A stretch of DNA of 64,000 bases from an uncultured Thermococci archaeon (GTDB lineage Archaea > CAYQAE01 > CAYVLA01): NCBI GenBank assembly GCA_964549615.1, contig CAZJVP010000099.1, forward strand, positions 32,001 to 96,000, in the 5' to 3' direction. The notes under the pieces are model-generated. The model was given only the letters and a program-made list of their open reading frames with translations, searched no databases and was not told the DNA's origin. Position numbers and translations under genes: made by a program. This document shows, piece after piece, positions 29,514 to 39,894 of the stretch (positions are counted from its first letter, which is position 1; each line of letters opens with the position of its first letter).

Positions 29514-30404
29514 ATGTCGGCGAAAAGCGGACCCAGGGTCTTGATCATAATCGTTAACTGGAATGGGGAGAGATACCTCGGCAGCTGCATCGAGGCCGCG
29601 ATGGCGAACAACTACCCGAACATAGACATCCTTGTCGTGGACAACGCCAGCACCGATGGGAGCATTGGTGTCGTTGCGCGATATCCTTCCGTCGGGCTGA
29701 TCCAGCTCCCAGAGAACAAGGGCTGGGGGAGCGGGATCAACGCGGGACTCGCAAGCGACAGGGCTCGGTTGGCCCACTTCTACCTCTGCATGAATAACGA
29801 CGTGAACCTCGATCAGAACGCCGTGCAGGCCCTAGTTGCTTGCGCAGAGCGGCACAGGGATTTCGGCATTCTTTCGCCCACGCTTCTTAACCGCCATGGC
29901 GCCTTCACACATTCAGGAGGATTCTTCACCCACCTGGGCTGGTGGAAGCCCCACATCGTTGGCGAGGGCAGCGGAGACCTCACCGAGCTCGACATCGTGA
30001 TCGGGGCCGCCATGTTCGTCCGCAGGGAAGTCGTTGCCAAGATAGGGGGTTTCGACCCTGAGTTCTTTCTATACCGGGAGGACGTTGACTACTGTCGAAG
30101 GGCCAAGCACTACGGATTCCGGGTCGGCGTGGTCCATCGAGCGAGAGCAGTCCACGTTGGGGGAGCGACTACAACCAAGGTCGCAGAGAGCCAGTCCGCC
30201 GAGAGCATGACGAGCCCAGACTTGGTGCACGTCTACGCCGTCAGTTGCATCAAGTACGCCTTCAAGCACCTCACGACGGCGCAACTCTTGCGCTGGCTGT
30301 TGACCGCCAGAGGCAGATCCTCCTGGTACCTGGTTCCGAACTTGTGGCCAAGCTTGGCCCGAATTCGCAAGAAAGGACTGTCAAAAGTGGAGGTTGGAGC
30401 CTAG
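29514..30404 (+). CDS. GT2 family glycosyltransferase
   Basis: IIIVNWNG, VVDNASTDGS, MNNDV, GGFDPEFFLYREDVDYC. Confidence 0.92.
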   Translation: MSAKSGPRVLIIIVNWNGERYLGSCIEAAMANNYPNIDILVVDNASTDGSIGVVARYPSVGLIQLPENKGWGSGINAGLASDRARLAHFYLCMNNDVNLDQNAVQALVACAERHRDFGILSPTLLNRHGAFTHSGGFFTHLGWWKPHIVGEGSGDLTELDIVIGAAMFVRREVVAKIGGFDPEFFLYREDVDYCRRAKHYGFRVGVVHRARAVHVGGATTTKVAESQSAESMTSPDLVHVYAVSCIKYAFKHLTTAQLLRWLLTARGRSSWYLVPNLWPSLARIRKKGLSKVEVGA

Positions 30405-30576
30405 GCCGGATCCTGAGCTTTGAAGCACCAGCCCCTTTCCGGGGCCAAGGAGGGGCATATGGGGAAGATCTTGAAGCTTTGGCCCCAGCCGTTTGTATCG
30501 GGGCCTCTTCCTGTCCCACGATCCGACAATATCCGTCCGGCGAAAACCGCCTCGAGATACATCGGATGCACGTGAT

Positions 30577-30584
30577 GTTATAAG
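30577..30584 (+). promoter_or_regulatory. Archaeal TATA-like box
   Basis: GTTATAAG 22 nt upstream of TTG 30607. Confidence 0.5.
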
Positions 30585-30606
30585 GCTAGAAAGCCAAGGA
30601 CTAGCG

Positions 30607-31635
30607 TTGACCACCCTCCCTGCGGTCTCGGTCATCGTCCCTTTAGGCAAGCACAACGAGCTACTGGAACCTGTCGTGGCCGCTATCCTCTCCCTTGACT
30701 ATCCCGGATTCGAGGTCATAATGACGGAGGGTTCGAAGGGCGAGGCCGAGAGCATGTTGCGAAGGTATCCGGACGGGAAGATCACGTATGTTAAGGGGAC
30801 GTGCAAGAACCCTGCCGGGCTGAGGAACCTGGGCGTCGCCGCGGCGAGGAACGATCTTCTTGCCTTCCTTGACTCAGACTGCATTCCGGAGCCATCATGG
30901 CTCAAAGAGCTCGTGATCGCCAAGGAGACTCTCAAGGTACGAATGGTCGTGGGCGCGACGCGGTCTGCCAATGCGGACTCGAACAGATGGGCCAGGGTTG
31001 CGGCAAAGCGGTACGCAATGTGGTTTGCGGGGGCCACGAGGGGGTCTTTCGTGGCGAGGATCGACACCAAGAATCTCCTTGTCGAGAAGAGCTACCTCGT
31101 ATCTCTCGGGCTCTTCGACGAGAAATTGGACTCCAAGGAGGACAGGGATCTGGGCCTTAGGGTCTTGAGATCGGGGGACCAGATCGGGTATGCCCCAAAG
31201 GCCGTGGTAAGACACTTCGACCCCCAGAGCGTCCGGGCGCTGTACAGGAGAGCAGTCTGGTACGCGAGGGGGATGAGGCAGTTCAGGGCGAAGTACGGGG
31301 TCGGGCTCTTCTCCCAAAATCCGGATCCCATCTACCACAAGAGATATGCGGGCGAGGGCAACTGGGCAATGCTCTCGATCGCCTGGTTTGCCTGCGTGGC
31401 GGCATTGGCTTGGACCCGTTGGGCTAGGGGAACGGAACTTGCGATTCTGCTGTTAGTGGGGATCTTCATCCTTGTCATGGCTTTTCGGTCGCTGCTCAAG
31501 TCTTTCGCCAAGTTCCTCCTCGGCCGAACAAGCTGGGAGGACTTCGTCTTCGATCTCGTGACAGACCTGGGACACAAGGTCGGGTGGGTTTCTACGCTGC
31601 CCGCTTCCCGTGGGAGAAGAGAAGGCACGACATGA
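30607..31635 (+). CDS. GT2 glycosyltransferase with C-terminal TM helices
   Basis: VSVIVP, RNLG, AFLDSDC, EDRDLGLR, C-terminal hydrophobic segments. Confidence 0.9.
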   Translation: MTTLPAVSVIVPLGKHNELLEPVVAAILSLDYPGFEVIMTEGSKGEAESMLRRYPDGKITYVKGTCKNPAGLRNLGVAAARNDLLAFLDSDCIPEPSWLKELVIAKETLKVRMVVGATRSANADSNRWARVAAKRYAMWFAGATRGSFVARIDTKNLLVEKSYLVSLGLFDEKLDSKEDRDLGLRVLRSGDQIGYAPKAVVRHFDPQSVRALYRRAVWYARGMRQFRAKYGVGLFSQNPDPIYHKRYAGEGNWAMLSIAWFACVAALAWTRWARGTELAILLLVGIFILVMAFRSLLKSFAKFLLGRTSWEDFVFDLVTDLGHKVGWVSTLPASRGRREGTT

Positions 31636-32467
31636 GAGATCCATTCCAGGATGCATGGAACGCAAGATAGTAGGTGACCATGGCAAGCTTCTCGGCTAGG
31701 CCGGTCCCCTCCGACCAGACGTGCGGCAACCTGCGCAACTTTGCAAGCATCCGTGCGCCGACCAGACGGAGCGTCGCAAGCGGCGCGGCCGCGTCCTTGG
31801 ATAGATTTGCCTCCTCCCGTCCTCTGCGGCGCGCCTTGAACACCAACGATATGGCATCGGTTGGAAAATCGTGGAGGACGGGGGCATTGACTGGGACGAG
31901 TCGGTAGCCCGCGGCAACGAACCTTCGGTGGAACTCCCAGTCGACGTTCAGTCTGATATCCTCCCGGAAGCCTCCGAGGCTGAGAAATACGTCCTTCCTA
32001 ACGGCCATGTTCTTGGTGTCCAGTCCACGGTACTGCTTCGCGCGGACAGACTCGAGCCTGCACCCCCTCAGATTCCGCAGGCACAGGTGGTTCGGACCCA
32101 TGGTGGCGTCGGCCTCCCCCCGGGCCACCGGACCCGTTAGCTCGGCAAGCCATGACGGGTCAGGGACGCAGTCCGAGTCTGTGAACGCGATGATCGAGCC
32201 CCTGGCCGCCTGGACCCCTAGGTTCCGACAAAAGCCGCTTCCCCGGTTGGTCGGTGCCCGGAAAAGGCTGATGGGGCGGCTGTCGGCAAGATGCTCCAGC
32301 TTTTGCCACGTGCCGTCGCTTGAGCAGTCATCCACCATGATCAGTTCGTAGCCTTCGAACTTCTGGCGGGAAAGCGACTCCACCAGCCTTTCGACCCTAT
32401 TCGCATCATTGTAGATGGGGACCACTACGCTGACGACCGGGCGTCCCTCGACAAAGATCGCCATCAC
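31592..32467 (-). CDS. GT2 family glycosyltransferase
   Basis: VSVVVPIYN, VDDCSSDGT, RNLG, AFTDSDC. Confidence 0.9.
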   Translation of the reverse strand: MMAIFVEGRPVVSVVVPIYNDANRVERLVESLSRQKFEGYELIMVDDCSSDGTWQKLEHLADSRPISLFRAPTNRGSGFCRNLGVQAARGSIIAFTDSDCVPDPSWLAELTGPVARGEADATMGPNHLCLRNLRGCRLESVRAKQYRGLDTKNMAVRKDVFLSLGGFREDIRLNVDWEFHRRFVAAGYRLVPVNAPVLHDFPTDAISLVFKARRRGREEANLSKDAAAPLATLRLVGARMLAKLRRLPHVWSEGTGLAEKLAMVTYYLAFHASWNGSLMSCLLFSHGKRAA

Positions 32468-32487
32468 AGCGAGTGCCGGACGGAATT

Positions 32488-32533
32488 TAATAAAGCGTTA
32501 CGGAGTGCCGCCCCGACCAGCCAAAGGTTAAGA
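32488..32533. promoter_or_regulatory. Divergent archaeal promoter pair
   Basis: CTTTATTA on the minus strand (32488-32495) before the GT2; AAAGGTTAAGA (32523-32533) 26 nt before ATG 32560. Confidence 0.55.
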
Positions 32534-32559
32534 GCCGTTCTCCCCAACCCGTTCTTGCG

Positions 32560-33858
32560 ATGATCCTCCACCCGAGGCTGCGGTACAGGGAGATCAGGTC
32601 GTTCAGCAACGAGCTCAGGACGCTGTCCGAAGTGATCCGGTTGGAACGTTTGCCCTTGGGGGCGATCAGGGATCGCCAGGCGCGGCTTCTCCGCTGGATT
32701 GTGCGGTACAGCTACAGGAACGTCCCGTTCTACAGGGACTCCTTCCAGAGATGTGACATCCATCCTGATCAGATCAGGTCGACGGCCGACCTGGACAAGC
32801 TGCCAGTCCTCACCAAGGAGCAGGTTGTTTGCAACTACCCCCACCGGATGGTCGCGGAAGGGTACGACTCCGAGACATCCTTTCGATGCAGGTCGAGCGG
32901 AACAAGCGGCATCCCCGCCACATACCTTTCCGATTGGGCGACAAGGGATGCAAACTTCGCGCTGCTTTACAGGGCAAGATCCCTCTTCGGGTACAGGCCG
33001 AAGCATCTGGAATGCATCTTCACCTATCTGGCCCCGGCGACGAGGTGGTATCAGAGGTTAGGCTTCTGCAGGAGGATCAGAATCAGCCTACTCCAGCCGC
33101 TTGAGGATTCGATTGAACAGGCCATCCGTCTTCGCCCCGACGTCTTGTACAGTGTGCCTTCCTATCTCCGGACGCTGTGCCTGGAGGGTTCAGAACGGCT
33201 CGGCGCGCTCCCCTTGGTCTTGGTCGTTTCCTCAGGGGAGGTCCTTGACCCCAAGACCCGGGAAATCCTCCGAGAAGGCTTCAGGGCACCCGTGCTGGAT
33301 CTGTACGGCGCGGCCGAACAGCCCTATGTGGCGTCAGAGTGCCCCCTTCAAAGCGGTCTACACGTAAACATGTACAACACCCTGATCGAGGTGGCGAGGG
33401 ATGGGGAAGGGGCTGCGCCCGGTGAGACGGGCGAGATCCTCCTGACGACCTTGACGAACAGGGCGATGCCGCTCATCAGGTACCGGATGGGGGACGCAAG
33501 CCGAATTTTGCCGGACGAATGCTGCTGTGGGCGGCACGGCGAGATGCTTGACCGGATCCAGGGGCGATGCGACGACTTCCTCAAGAGTAGGACGGGACGA
33601 GAAGTTGCGGCCATAGTTGTGGAGGCTGCGGTTCTCAGCAACGCACGCGTCAAGGCGTTCAGGGTGATTCAGAGGAGCCCTTCTAGGCTTGAGATCCAAT
33701 CCGTGGGGAAGATAGAAGACGAGGCCGCGGCAAGGATCGCCGACAGCATGCGGCAAGCCCTGATGGATCAGCGCCTTGAGGTCGAGTTCCGGGATGTGGA
33801 AGCCATAGATCCGGACCCATCCGGCAAGAGAAGGGTCGTGATCCGCGAAAGCTGGTGA
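32560..33858 (+). CDS. CapK/phenylacetate-CoA ligase-like adenylating enzyme
   Basis: NVPFYR, LPVLTK, SSGTSG, YGAAE, MPLIRYRMGD, GRCDD, SGKRR. Confidence 0.88.
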   Translation: MILHPRLRYREIRSFSNELRTLSEVIRLERLPLGAIRDRQARLLRWIVRYSYRNVPFYRDSFQRCDIHPDQIRSTADLDKLPVLTKEQVVCNYPHRMVAEGYDSETSFRCRSSGTSGIPATYLSDWATRDANFALLYRARSLFGYRPKHLECIFTYLAPATRWYQRLGFCRRIRISLLQPLEDSIEQAIRLRPDVLYSVPSYLRTLCLEGSERLGALPLVLVVSSGEVLDPKTREILREGFRAPVLDLYGAAEQPYVASECPLQSGLHVNMYNTLIEVARDGEGAAPGETGEILLTTLTNRAMPLIRYRMGDASRILPDECCCGRHGEMLDRIQGRCDDFLKSRTGREVAAIVVEAAVLSNARVKAFRVIQRSPSRLEIQSVGKIEDEAAARIADSMRQALMDQRLEVEFRDVEAIDPDPSGKRRVVIRESW

Positions 33859-33910
33859 ACGGAGCGAGGAACCCTGTTTCCGGGTCTCGGGGAACCACCT
33901 GATGCCAGGG

Positions 33911-34723
33911 TCAGGCGTGCAAGGGGCGGGGATGCTTGCGCAGAGAGCATAGCACTGGGAGGAGACGAAGCGCATGACGCTTCCCGGACACCCTCAGACG
34001 CATCGTGAGAAGTGACAGAAGCAAAGAATGGATGCGCAACGACCTGACCTCCCCCCAGACGTGGATCTGCGCGTCATGTTCCTGGCATATCGATATTCCG
34101 CCATCCTCGATCTGAACGCAGAAAGGTACAATGCCTGATAGATCGAAACTTATGTGCAGCGGCTGTCGCCCCCCCTTCCCTGAACGTGCTCGCCCGATGT
34201 CCGGCAGAACCGTTCTCAGGAACCGCTCCACCGGGCGGACCGAGAGCAACTTCGTGTAGACGGTCCCACAGTCGCGAACCAACGGTGCGCCGCTCACCTT
34301 GGACCAGAAGAACCTGCGCGTTTCGGGGGCGGCAACCCCGTAGCCGACAAGGGCCTCCCCCTCCCGGGCTATCGACCGCCTCCACATGTACAGGCTCGTC
34401 CCGATGCCCAGCCTCCTGTAGTCAGGGTGAACGACAACCAGCCCGCTTGCCGCGGGAACCACGAAGCCCGGTGCGATCTTAAGGTTCTGCAGGGTCGTCA
34501 GCCAACAGCCCACGACCGTGTTCTCCACCTCGGCCACCGCCGAGAGGTCGGCCCTGAATACGGGGCTCCTCAGGAGCGCCCACTCCAGGGATTCGTCCGA
34601 ACGCTCCCCGTACCCGGCCCTGATGATCTCGGCAACGGCCCCTAGGTCCCTGCCCTCCAAGGGCCGAATCCTCGCCCCGGCCCTGTTGGAATTCAGAACA
34701 TTGCCCCCCTCGGCACGAACCAC
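33911..34723 (-). CDS. GNAT N-acyltransferase with C-terminal SCP2-like segment
   Basis: IRPLEGRD, VHPDYRRLGIG (motif A); C-terminal LLTMRLRVSG. Confidence 0.8.
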   Translation of the reverse strand: MVRAEGGNVLNSNRAGARIRPLEGRDLGAVAEIIRAGYGERSDESLEWALLRSPVFRADLSAVAEVENTVVGCWLTTLQNLKIAPGFVVPAASGLVVVHPDYRRLGIGTSLYMWRRSIAREGEALVGYGVAAPETRRFFWSKVSGAPLVRDCGTVYTKLLSVRPVERFLRTVLPDIGRARSGKGGRQPLHISFDLSGIVPFCVQIEDGGISICQEHDAQIHVWGEVRSLRIHSLLLSLLTMRLRVSGKRHALRLLPVLCSLRKHPRPLHA

Positions 34724-35460
34724 TTGGACCTAACCCGCAGTGATCTGACAAGCTTCAGCGCCCTTCGCGCATTCCAGGCGGGCGAAAAAGAAATTTTGCC
34801 CAAGATCCAGTCCCGCAGCCCGGGCCCGCCTTGGAAAAGAATCCGTCCCAGGGTGCTCTCCTCGACCGCTAGGACGACCTCCGCCGTCGAGCCCTCGCTG
34901 ACGGAGACGCCCTCCTCGGTCACCTCCACCCTAAATGCCGAAGCTGTGCCGTCCTTCCTGAGAACCCTGAGAAGATAGGTCCCTTTCGGCGGCGGAGACC
35001 TCGCGAGCACCTCGCAAAGGAGGCCGGAGGCGTTCGCCACCGAGACCGAGAAGGTTCGAAGGAGCCTCTTGCGCCCCATCCTCAGCGACTCACAGGCCTG
35101 CTTCATCACTCCGTCATCGTCAGGCGCGTTCATCACGATCCTGTCGAAGCCGCGCTCGATTGCCTGCTTCTCGGCGGCCCGGAGGAGCGATGTCATTACC
35201 GCTACCCCGTCATCATCCGGATCGTAGCAGGGATCCAGTATCTCCCCGTTCTTGGCAAGCGTTAGGCACCCGACCAGCCTATCGCCCCTGCAGGCAACAA
35301 GGACTCCTGGCCCAACCTCCGGGCGAAGGCGGTTGAACCATTTCCAAAAGTCAGGAGTCCTCGGAGTATGCCCCGCGTAGGCCGAGTAGCACTTCTCGTA
35401 TATCCGCGAGATCTCAAGTTCGTCTCCCTCTATGTAGTGGCGGACCGTGATCGGGGCCAT
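34693..35460 (-). CDS. GNAT family protein with C-terminal SCP2-like domain
   Basis: VRHYIEGD, RTPDFWKW, LLRAAEKQA; C-terminal FRVEVTEEGVSV...LGRILF...GKISF. Confidence 0.75.
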   Translation of the reverse strand: MAPITVRHYIEGDELEISRIYEKCYSAYAGHTPRTPDFWKWFNRLRPEVGPGVLVACRGDRLVGCLTLAKNGEILDPCYDPDDDGVAVMTSLLRAAEKQAIERGFDRIVMNAPDDDGVMKQACESLRMGRKRLLRTFSVSVANASGLLCEVLARSPPPKGTYLLRVLRKDGTASAFRVEVTEEGVSVSEGSTAEVVLAVEESTLGRILFQGGPGLRDWILGKISFSPAWNARRALKLVRSLRVRSKWFVPRGAMF

Positions 35461-35483
35461 ACGCGTAGGGACGTCGCCGGCGG

Positions 35484-35491
35484 CTTAAAAG
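35484..35491 (-). promoter_or_regulatory. Archaeal TATA-like box
   Basis: CTTTTAAG on the minus strand, 23 nt upstream of ATG 35460. Confidence 0.6.
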
Positions 35492-35791
35492 ACTAGCAGG
35501 GTGATAAAGACCACTTGGAAATCCCTATCCGACGGGAAGGCGGAGAGATCGAAACGCATCGATTCGTCAGATATCTGCTTTATCTGTCGCCGTCACCGGT
35601 GAGCTGGACGAAGACCGGGATGGGTCGGCGAATCCGGGACCTGCCACGTCCCGCCCCGGTCAAACGGCCCGGAAGCGATGCCATGTACCACAGATCGGCC
35701 CGCATTATCCGAGCAGAGCTAGATGAAGCGGTGCATTCTGGCCAGCTTGCAGCAAGATCCGAAGCCCGGAGCAGGAAGGCGTGGTGATGGA

Positions 35792-36763
35792 GTGAAGAAG
35801 ACAAAGATGGGCATACTAGGCCTGTGCGCGCTGGCCATAGCCCTAGCGGTAACGGCCGCGTACCTGGCCAACCAGAGGGCGCCGCGCACCTTGACCATGG
35901 CTGGAACCAGCAGATCGGGCACGGCATACTGCGTCTATGCTTACGGGGTCGAGAAAGGCATCTTCCGCAAGCATGGCGTGAACGTCAGTCTCGTGCTTTT
36001 CAAGGATGTCTACACCATGACGCTTAGCTTCATCAGCGGCAGCGTCGACGCCATACCGCTGTCGCCAAGCATTGCTGCCAGCACGTACAACGAGGGCGAG
36101 AAGTTCAGGATAGCCATGGCTCTCAGCGACTCGGCGGAGCACAAGCTCCTTGCCCGCCCGGAGATATCCGACATCTATGCCCTCAAGGGGTGCAAGCTGG
36201 GCGTCCATGGGCGCACGTCCGACGACTACAACGTGATGAAGTGGTACTTCGAAAGCAAGGGGATCGACATCGAAAACGACATGGAGGTGGTCGAGATCAG
36301 GACACCGGCCAACCTCGTGACCAGCTACATGATGGGTCAGCTGGATGCGGTTGTGCTGTGGGGCGGCTACGCCTATGATGTGGAGTCCGCAGGCGCTTCC
36401 GTCCTTCTGAGCACCACGCAAGCCCTGAAAGAGCTCATAGGGTACGCCCACTACCTCCCCGTCTTCGTGTTGAGGGATGACTTCCTCGACACCCAGAGGA
36501 CAACTGCCGACAACTTCCTTCGCGCTGTCAGGGAGATTGCAAGGGAGGTCACCGCACACCCGGACGAGGCTGCTGAGATAGTGGCAAGGTACAACGAAGA
36601 ACCCGTGGAGAAGACGAGGGCAGTCATCGCCATGACTCATTACATGGGGGATCTGGACGAGGAGGTCAAGGAAGGGATCCTCGCCTTCTTCGACTACGCG
36701 GTGCAGAAAGGATTCCTGACAGCTTCCCCGGGCGACGAGATATTCTACGACGATTGGAGGTAG
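35792..36763 (+). CDS. ABC transporter substrate-binding protein (SsuA/NMT1/THI5-like)
   Basis: N-terminal TM anchor, EKGIFRKHGVNV, LKGCKLG, GQLDAVVLW, HPDEAAEI. Confidence 0.88.
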   Translation: MKKTKMGILGLCALAIALAVTAAYLANQRAPRTLTMAGTSRSGTAYCVYAYGVEKGIFRKHGVNVSLVLFKDVYTMTLSFISGSVDAIPLSPSIAASTYNEGEKFRIAMALSDSAEHKLLARPEISDIYALKGCKLGVHGRTSDDYNVMKWYFESKGIDIENDMEVVEIRTPANLVTSYMMGQLDAVVLWGGYAYDVESAGASVLLSTTQALKELIGYAHYLPVFVLRDDFLDTQRTTADNFLRAVREIAREVTAHPDEAAEIVARYNEEPVEKTRAVIAMTHYMGDLDEEVKEGILAFFDYAVQKGFLTASPGDEIFYDDWR

Positions 36764-36776
36764 GGCCCGGTCGCCT

Positions 36777-37541
36777 TCACGCCGGCTGGTATCTGCGGAC
36801 GCGTCTCTCAAGCGGCCTGAACACCAATTGGTCGAACGCCTGCAGCACCGCCACGATGACGATCGCCCATGCGAATATCTCGTCTGTCCTGAGCCTCTCC
36901 CAGGCGAAGCTTATGGCGTAGCCGATGCCGCTCTGTGCTCCGAGCACCTCGGCGATCACGCTCACCTTCCAGGCGAGCGACATGGCCACCCGGGATCCGG
37001 TCAGGATGTAGGGGAAGATGCTCGGGATGACGACGTTGGAGAAGATGGACTCCTTGCTGTGCCCGAATATCCCGGCCATCTCGACCAGCGTTTGGTCGAC
37101 GTTCCTTATCCCCTGCAGTATGTTCACGGCGAGTATGGGGAAGGCGATGGCCCACACGACGAAGATGGGCGAAAGCGAGCTGATGCCGAACCATATGATG
37201 GCAAGGACGATCCATATCGCGGAAGGTATGGACTGGAGGAAAAGGACGATCATCTCCAAAGAGGCGCGCGCCGACGGGCTGCGCCCTGTCAGGAAGCCGA
37301 GCAGCATGCTCAGCGCGAGGCCTATGCAGAATGCCAGACCGACCCTGAACAGCGTATGCGCGACATGGAACGCGATCTTGCCGGAGGATGCCAGTTGGAG
37401 AAAGGCCGCCGCGACCTCCGGAGGCGAGGGGAGAACGACGCGGGAGAACTGGGTCGATGCAGCCCACCAGATGGCGATGACAAGAGGAATCGCCAAACCC
37501 GCTGCCAAGTAGCTCGTCTTCGAGACTGACATCCTCGACAC
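36777..37541 (-). CDS. ABC transporter permease (SsuC/TauC-like)
   Basis: LPSPPEV, TLFRV, IPSAIW, WFG, EMAGIFG, VIAEVLGAQSGIG. Confidence 0.92.
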   Translation of the reverse strand: MSRMSVSKTSYLAAGLAIPLVIAIWWAASTQFSRVVLPSPPEVAAAFLQLASSGKIAFHVAHTLFRVGLAFCIGLALSMLLGFLTGRSPSARASLEMIVLFLQSIPSAIWIVLAIIWFGISSLSPIFVVWAIAFPILAVNILQGIRNVDQTLVEMAGIFGHSKESIFSNVVIPSIFPYILTGSRVAMSLAWKVSVIAEVLGAQSGIGYAISFAWERLRTDEIFAWAIVIVAVLQAFDQLVFRPLERRVRRYQPA

Positions 37542-37543
37542 GT

Positions 37544-38824
37544 CTATACGGGCAGATCCGGAATGATCTGAACCCTCTTCTCGCCCCGCTCAGCGGGTAA
37601 CTCGCCCGGCCGGACCAGCTTCACCTCGAAGGTCAGGCCGGTCTTGTTCTTGAGTTCTGCGGCGACCGCCTTGACCAGTTCGTCCTCAAAAGCAGTCCTC
37701 ACCCACGAGTTCAGCTCGCAGATCAAGGCGGGATGGGATCTGGGCCTGACCTGGATGAGGAAGTTGCCCGAGAGTTCGGGACAGTGCTTGACGATCCTCT
37801 CAACCGTGCTGGGACTCACGAGAACCCCGCGGATCTTCAGCATGTCGTCGAGCCGGCTGATGTCCTCGGAGATCCTCTGATGGGTCCGACCGCATGCGCA
37901 GGGCTCCTCGCTGAGGACTTTCCCTCTGTCGCCGGTCCTGTACCTCACAAGAGGCATGGTGAACCTCTGCAAAGTGGTCACCACGATCTCCCCGACCTCC
38001 CCGGCCGCCACCTGCTCGCCGGTCTTGGGGTCCACGACCTCAAGTAGGCACACGTCGTGCCATACGTGGAGGCCGTCGTGGGCCTCGCATTCGTTCCCGA
38101 TTCCCCCGGTTTCGGTGGTGCCGTAGCTGTTGAAGAGTTCGGCGTCAAGCCTTTCCTGTATCTCCTTCCTTGTGCTTGGCTCAAGCCGCCCCGCTGTCGA
38201 AAGTGCTACCCTGAGCGGAAGCTTCGAGAAGTCGACGCCCATCTCCTCCCCGACCTGCGCGATCCTGAGATGGTAGCTTGGCACGGCGTTGAGGACCGTC
38301 GTTCCCATCGTCTTCATCAGCCAGATCTGCCTCTGGGTGTTGCCGGGGCCAGCCGGAATCACAAGGCAGCCCAGCCTCTCGGCCGAGGCGTGTCCGCTAA
38401 GCCCTGCGGCCCAGAGTCCATAGGCCAACGTCATCTGGTAGACGTCGCCCGGCCTGACGCCCCTCATCATCAGGGATCTGGCGCCGAAGTTGGCAAGGGC
38501 GTCGATGTCGCTTCTGGAGAGCAGGACGCCGGCGGGCCTGCCGCTTGACCCCGAGGTCAAGTAGAGCCTCGCCAGTTCGTCCCTGGGGACGGCGCAGAAG
38601 CCGTACGGGAAGCCGTCCACGATCACGTCCTTCGATATGAAGGGAAGCTTTGAGAACTCCTCTCTCGAGGATGGGGCCGAGGTGAAGCCGGACTGGGACC
38701 ACAGCCTCCTGTAAGTCTCCATGTTCCAGGCGTGCCTACAGATCTTGCGCAGCAGCCCTTCCTGAAGCTTGTCGAGGGCTTTCCTGGGCATCGTCTCGAT
38801 CCTCGGATGGTAGTAGTCCGTCAA
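37544..38824 (-). CDS. paaK: Phenylacetate-CoA ligase family protein
   Basis: YYHPRIETMPR..L..LQ N-terminus, TSGSSG, YGLW, GPGNTQRQI, YGTTE, DGLHVW, PLVRYRTGD, RLDDMLKIRGV. Confidence 0.85.
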   Translation of the reverse strand: MTDYYHPRIETMPRKALDKLQEGLLRKICRHAWNMETYRRLWSQSGFTSAPSSREEFSKLPFISKDVIVDGFPYGFCAVPRDELARLYLTSGSSGRPAGVLLSRSDIDALANFGARSLMMRGVRPGDVYQMTLAYGLWAAGLSGHASAERLGCLVIPAGPGNTQRQIWLMKTMGTTVLNAVPSYHLRIAQVGEEMGVDFSKLPLRVALSTAGRLEPSTRKEIQERLDAELFNSYGTTETGGIGNECEAHDGLHVWHDVCLLEVVDPKTGEQVAAGEVGEIVVTTLQRFTMPLVRYRTGDRGKVLSEEPCACGRTHQRISEDISRLDDMLKIRGVLVSPSTVERIVKHCPELSGNFLIQVRPRSHPALICELNSWVRTAFEDELVKAVAAELKNKTGLTFEVKLVRPGELPAERGEKRVQIIPDLPV

Positions 38825-39561
38825 GATGAACTCCCCAGCAGTCTTACGATCTCCTCCCTGACGCGCAGCAGCCGGGGGCTGGAGGGATCGCGCGGCTTCC
38901 CGTCCTCAAGCGTTATGTCGGCCTTGATCGTCGCCGGGCAGGAGGAGTAAACGATGATCCTGTCGGCCAGAAAGAGGGCCTCGTAGAGGTCGTGGGTCAC
39001 GAAGACCGTGGTCTTGTTTGCCTTCTCGATCACCAACACGAACTGCCCCAGAACCCTTTTCCTGGTTGCGACATCGAGCGAGTTGAACGGTTCGTCCATG
39101 AGGAGGAGGCTGGGTTCCAAGACGAGGGCTCTTGCCAGCGCCAGCCTCTGTTTCTCGCCGCCGGATAGGTTGGCCGGGCCATCGTTCTGCCTGTCGCCGA
39201 GTCCCACCATCTCTAGGAGCGCCAGGGACCTTGATCGCCTCGCCTCCGGGTTGGGCTCTATCGGCTCTATGCCAAACTCGACGTTGCCCAGCACGCTCCT
39301 CCAGGGCAAAAGTCTGGGCTCCTGGAAGACGTAGCCGACGCGTGTGCCGGCGGTGCCGACCGGCTTGCCGTCGATCTCCATCTTCCCCTCATCCGGCCTG
39401 ATGATGCCGGCTATGACCTTGAGGGTCGTCGTCTTGCCGCAGCCGGTGGGACCCAGGATGCAAGCGATCCCGCCGTCGTTGATGCTAAAGGAGATGCGGT
39501 CGATGACCTTTCCTCTCTGGGGAAAGGAGACTGATATGTTGTCCAGCGTCAGCGACACCAT
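38821..39561 (-). CDS. ABC transporter ATP-binding protein (SsuB/TauB-like)
   Basis: GPTGCGKTT, FQEPRLLPW, LSGGEKQR, LLMDEPF, FVTHD. Confidence 0.95.
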   Translation of the reverse strand: MVSLTLDNISVSFPQRGKVIDRISFSINDGGIACILGPTGCGKTTTLKVIAGIIRPDEGKMEIDGKPVGTAGTRVGYVFQEPRLLPWRSVLGNVEFGIEPIEPNPEARRSRSLALLEMVGLGDRQNDGPANLSGGEKQRLALARALVLEPSLLLMDEPFNSLDVATRKRVLGQFVLVIEKANKTTVFVTHDLYEALFLADRIIVYSSCPATIKADITLEDGKPRDPSSPRLLRVREEIVRLLGSSS

Positions 39562-39894
39562 GGCACGTTCAAGTAGGCAGTCTCGAGGCTGAAATACCTA
39601 TTTGGGGCATTGGCCTGAAGCCGGATCGGAGCCTGTGACAGGGATCGGATGCTCCTGAAATTCTTCAAATCCAAGATCCTCCACCGGGCAGCAGGGACTC
39701 TGCCCGAGCCGGATTCCTCGGGATACCCGGATGCCGCCTAGGACCTGAAGGCCGGACCAAGGGACTCCAGCTAGGGCGATCGCCAAGACCCGTCTCGGAT
39801 CAACAGCCGTTCCGTCGTCGCACGGGGAGAAAGGCGTGGCAATCAAGCGCCGTATGATGCACACATTGAAATCGTTAGGTTGCATTAGCCTTGG

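Noticed and set aside
35461-35791. TPP or other riboswitch upstream of the NMT1-like binding protein
   Set aside because: The CTGAGA and downstream TPP core motifs are not found in order. An Infernal/Rfam scan would be decisive.
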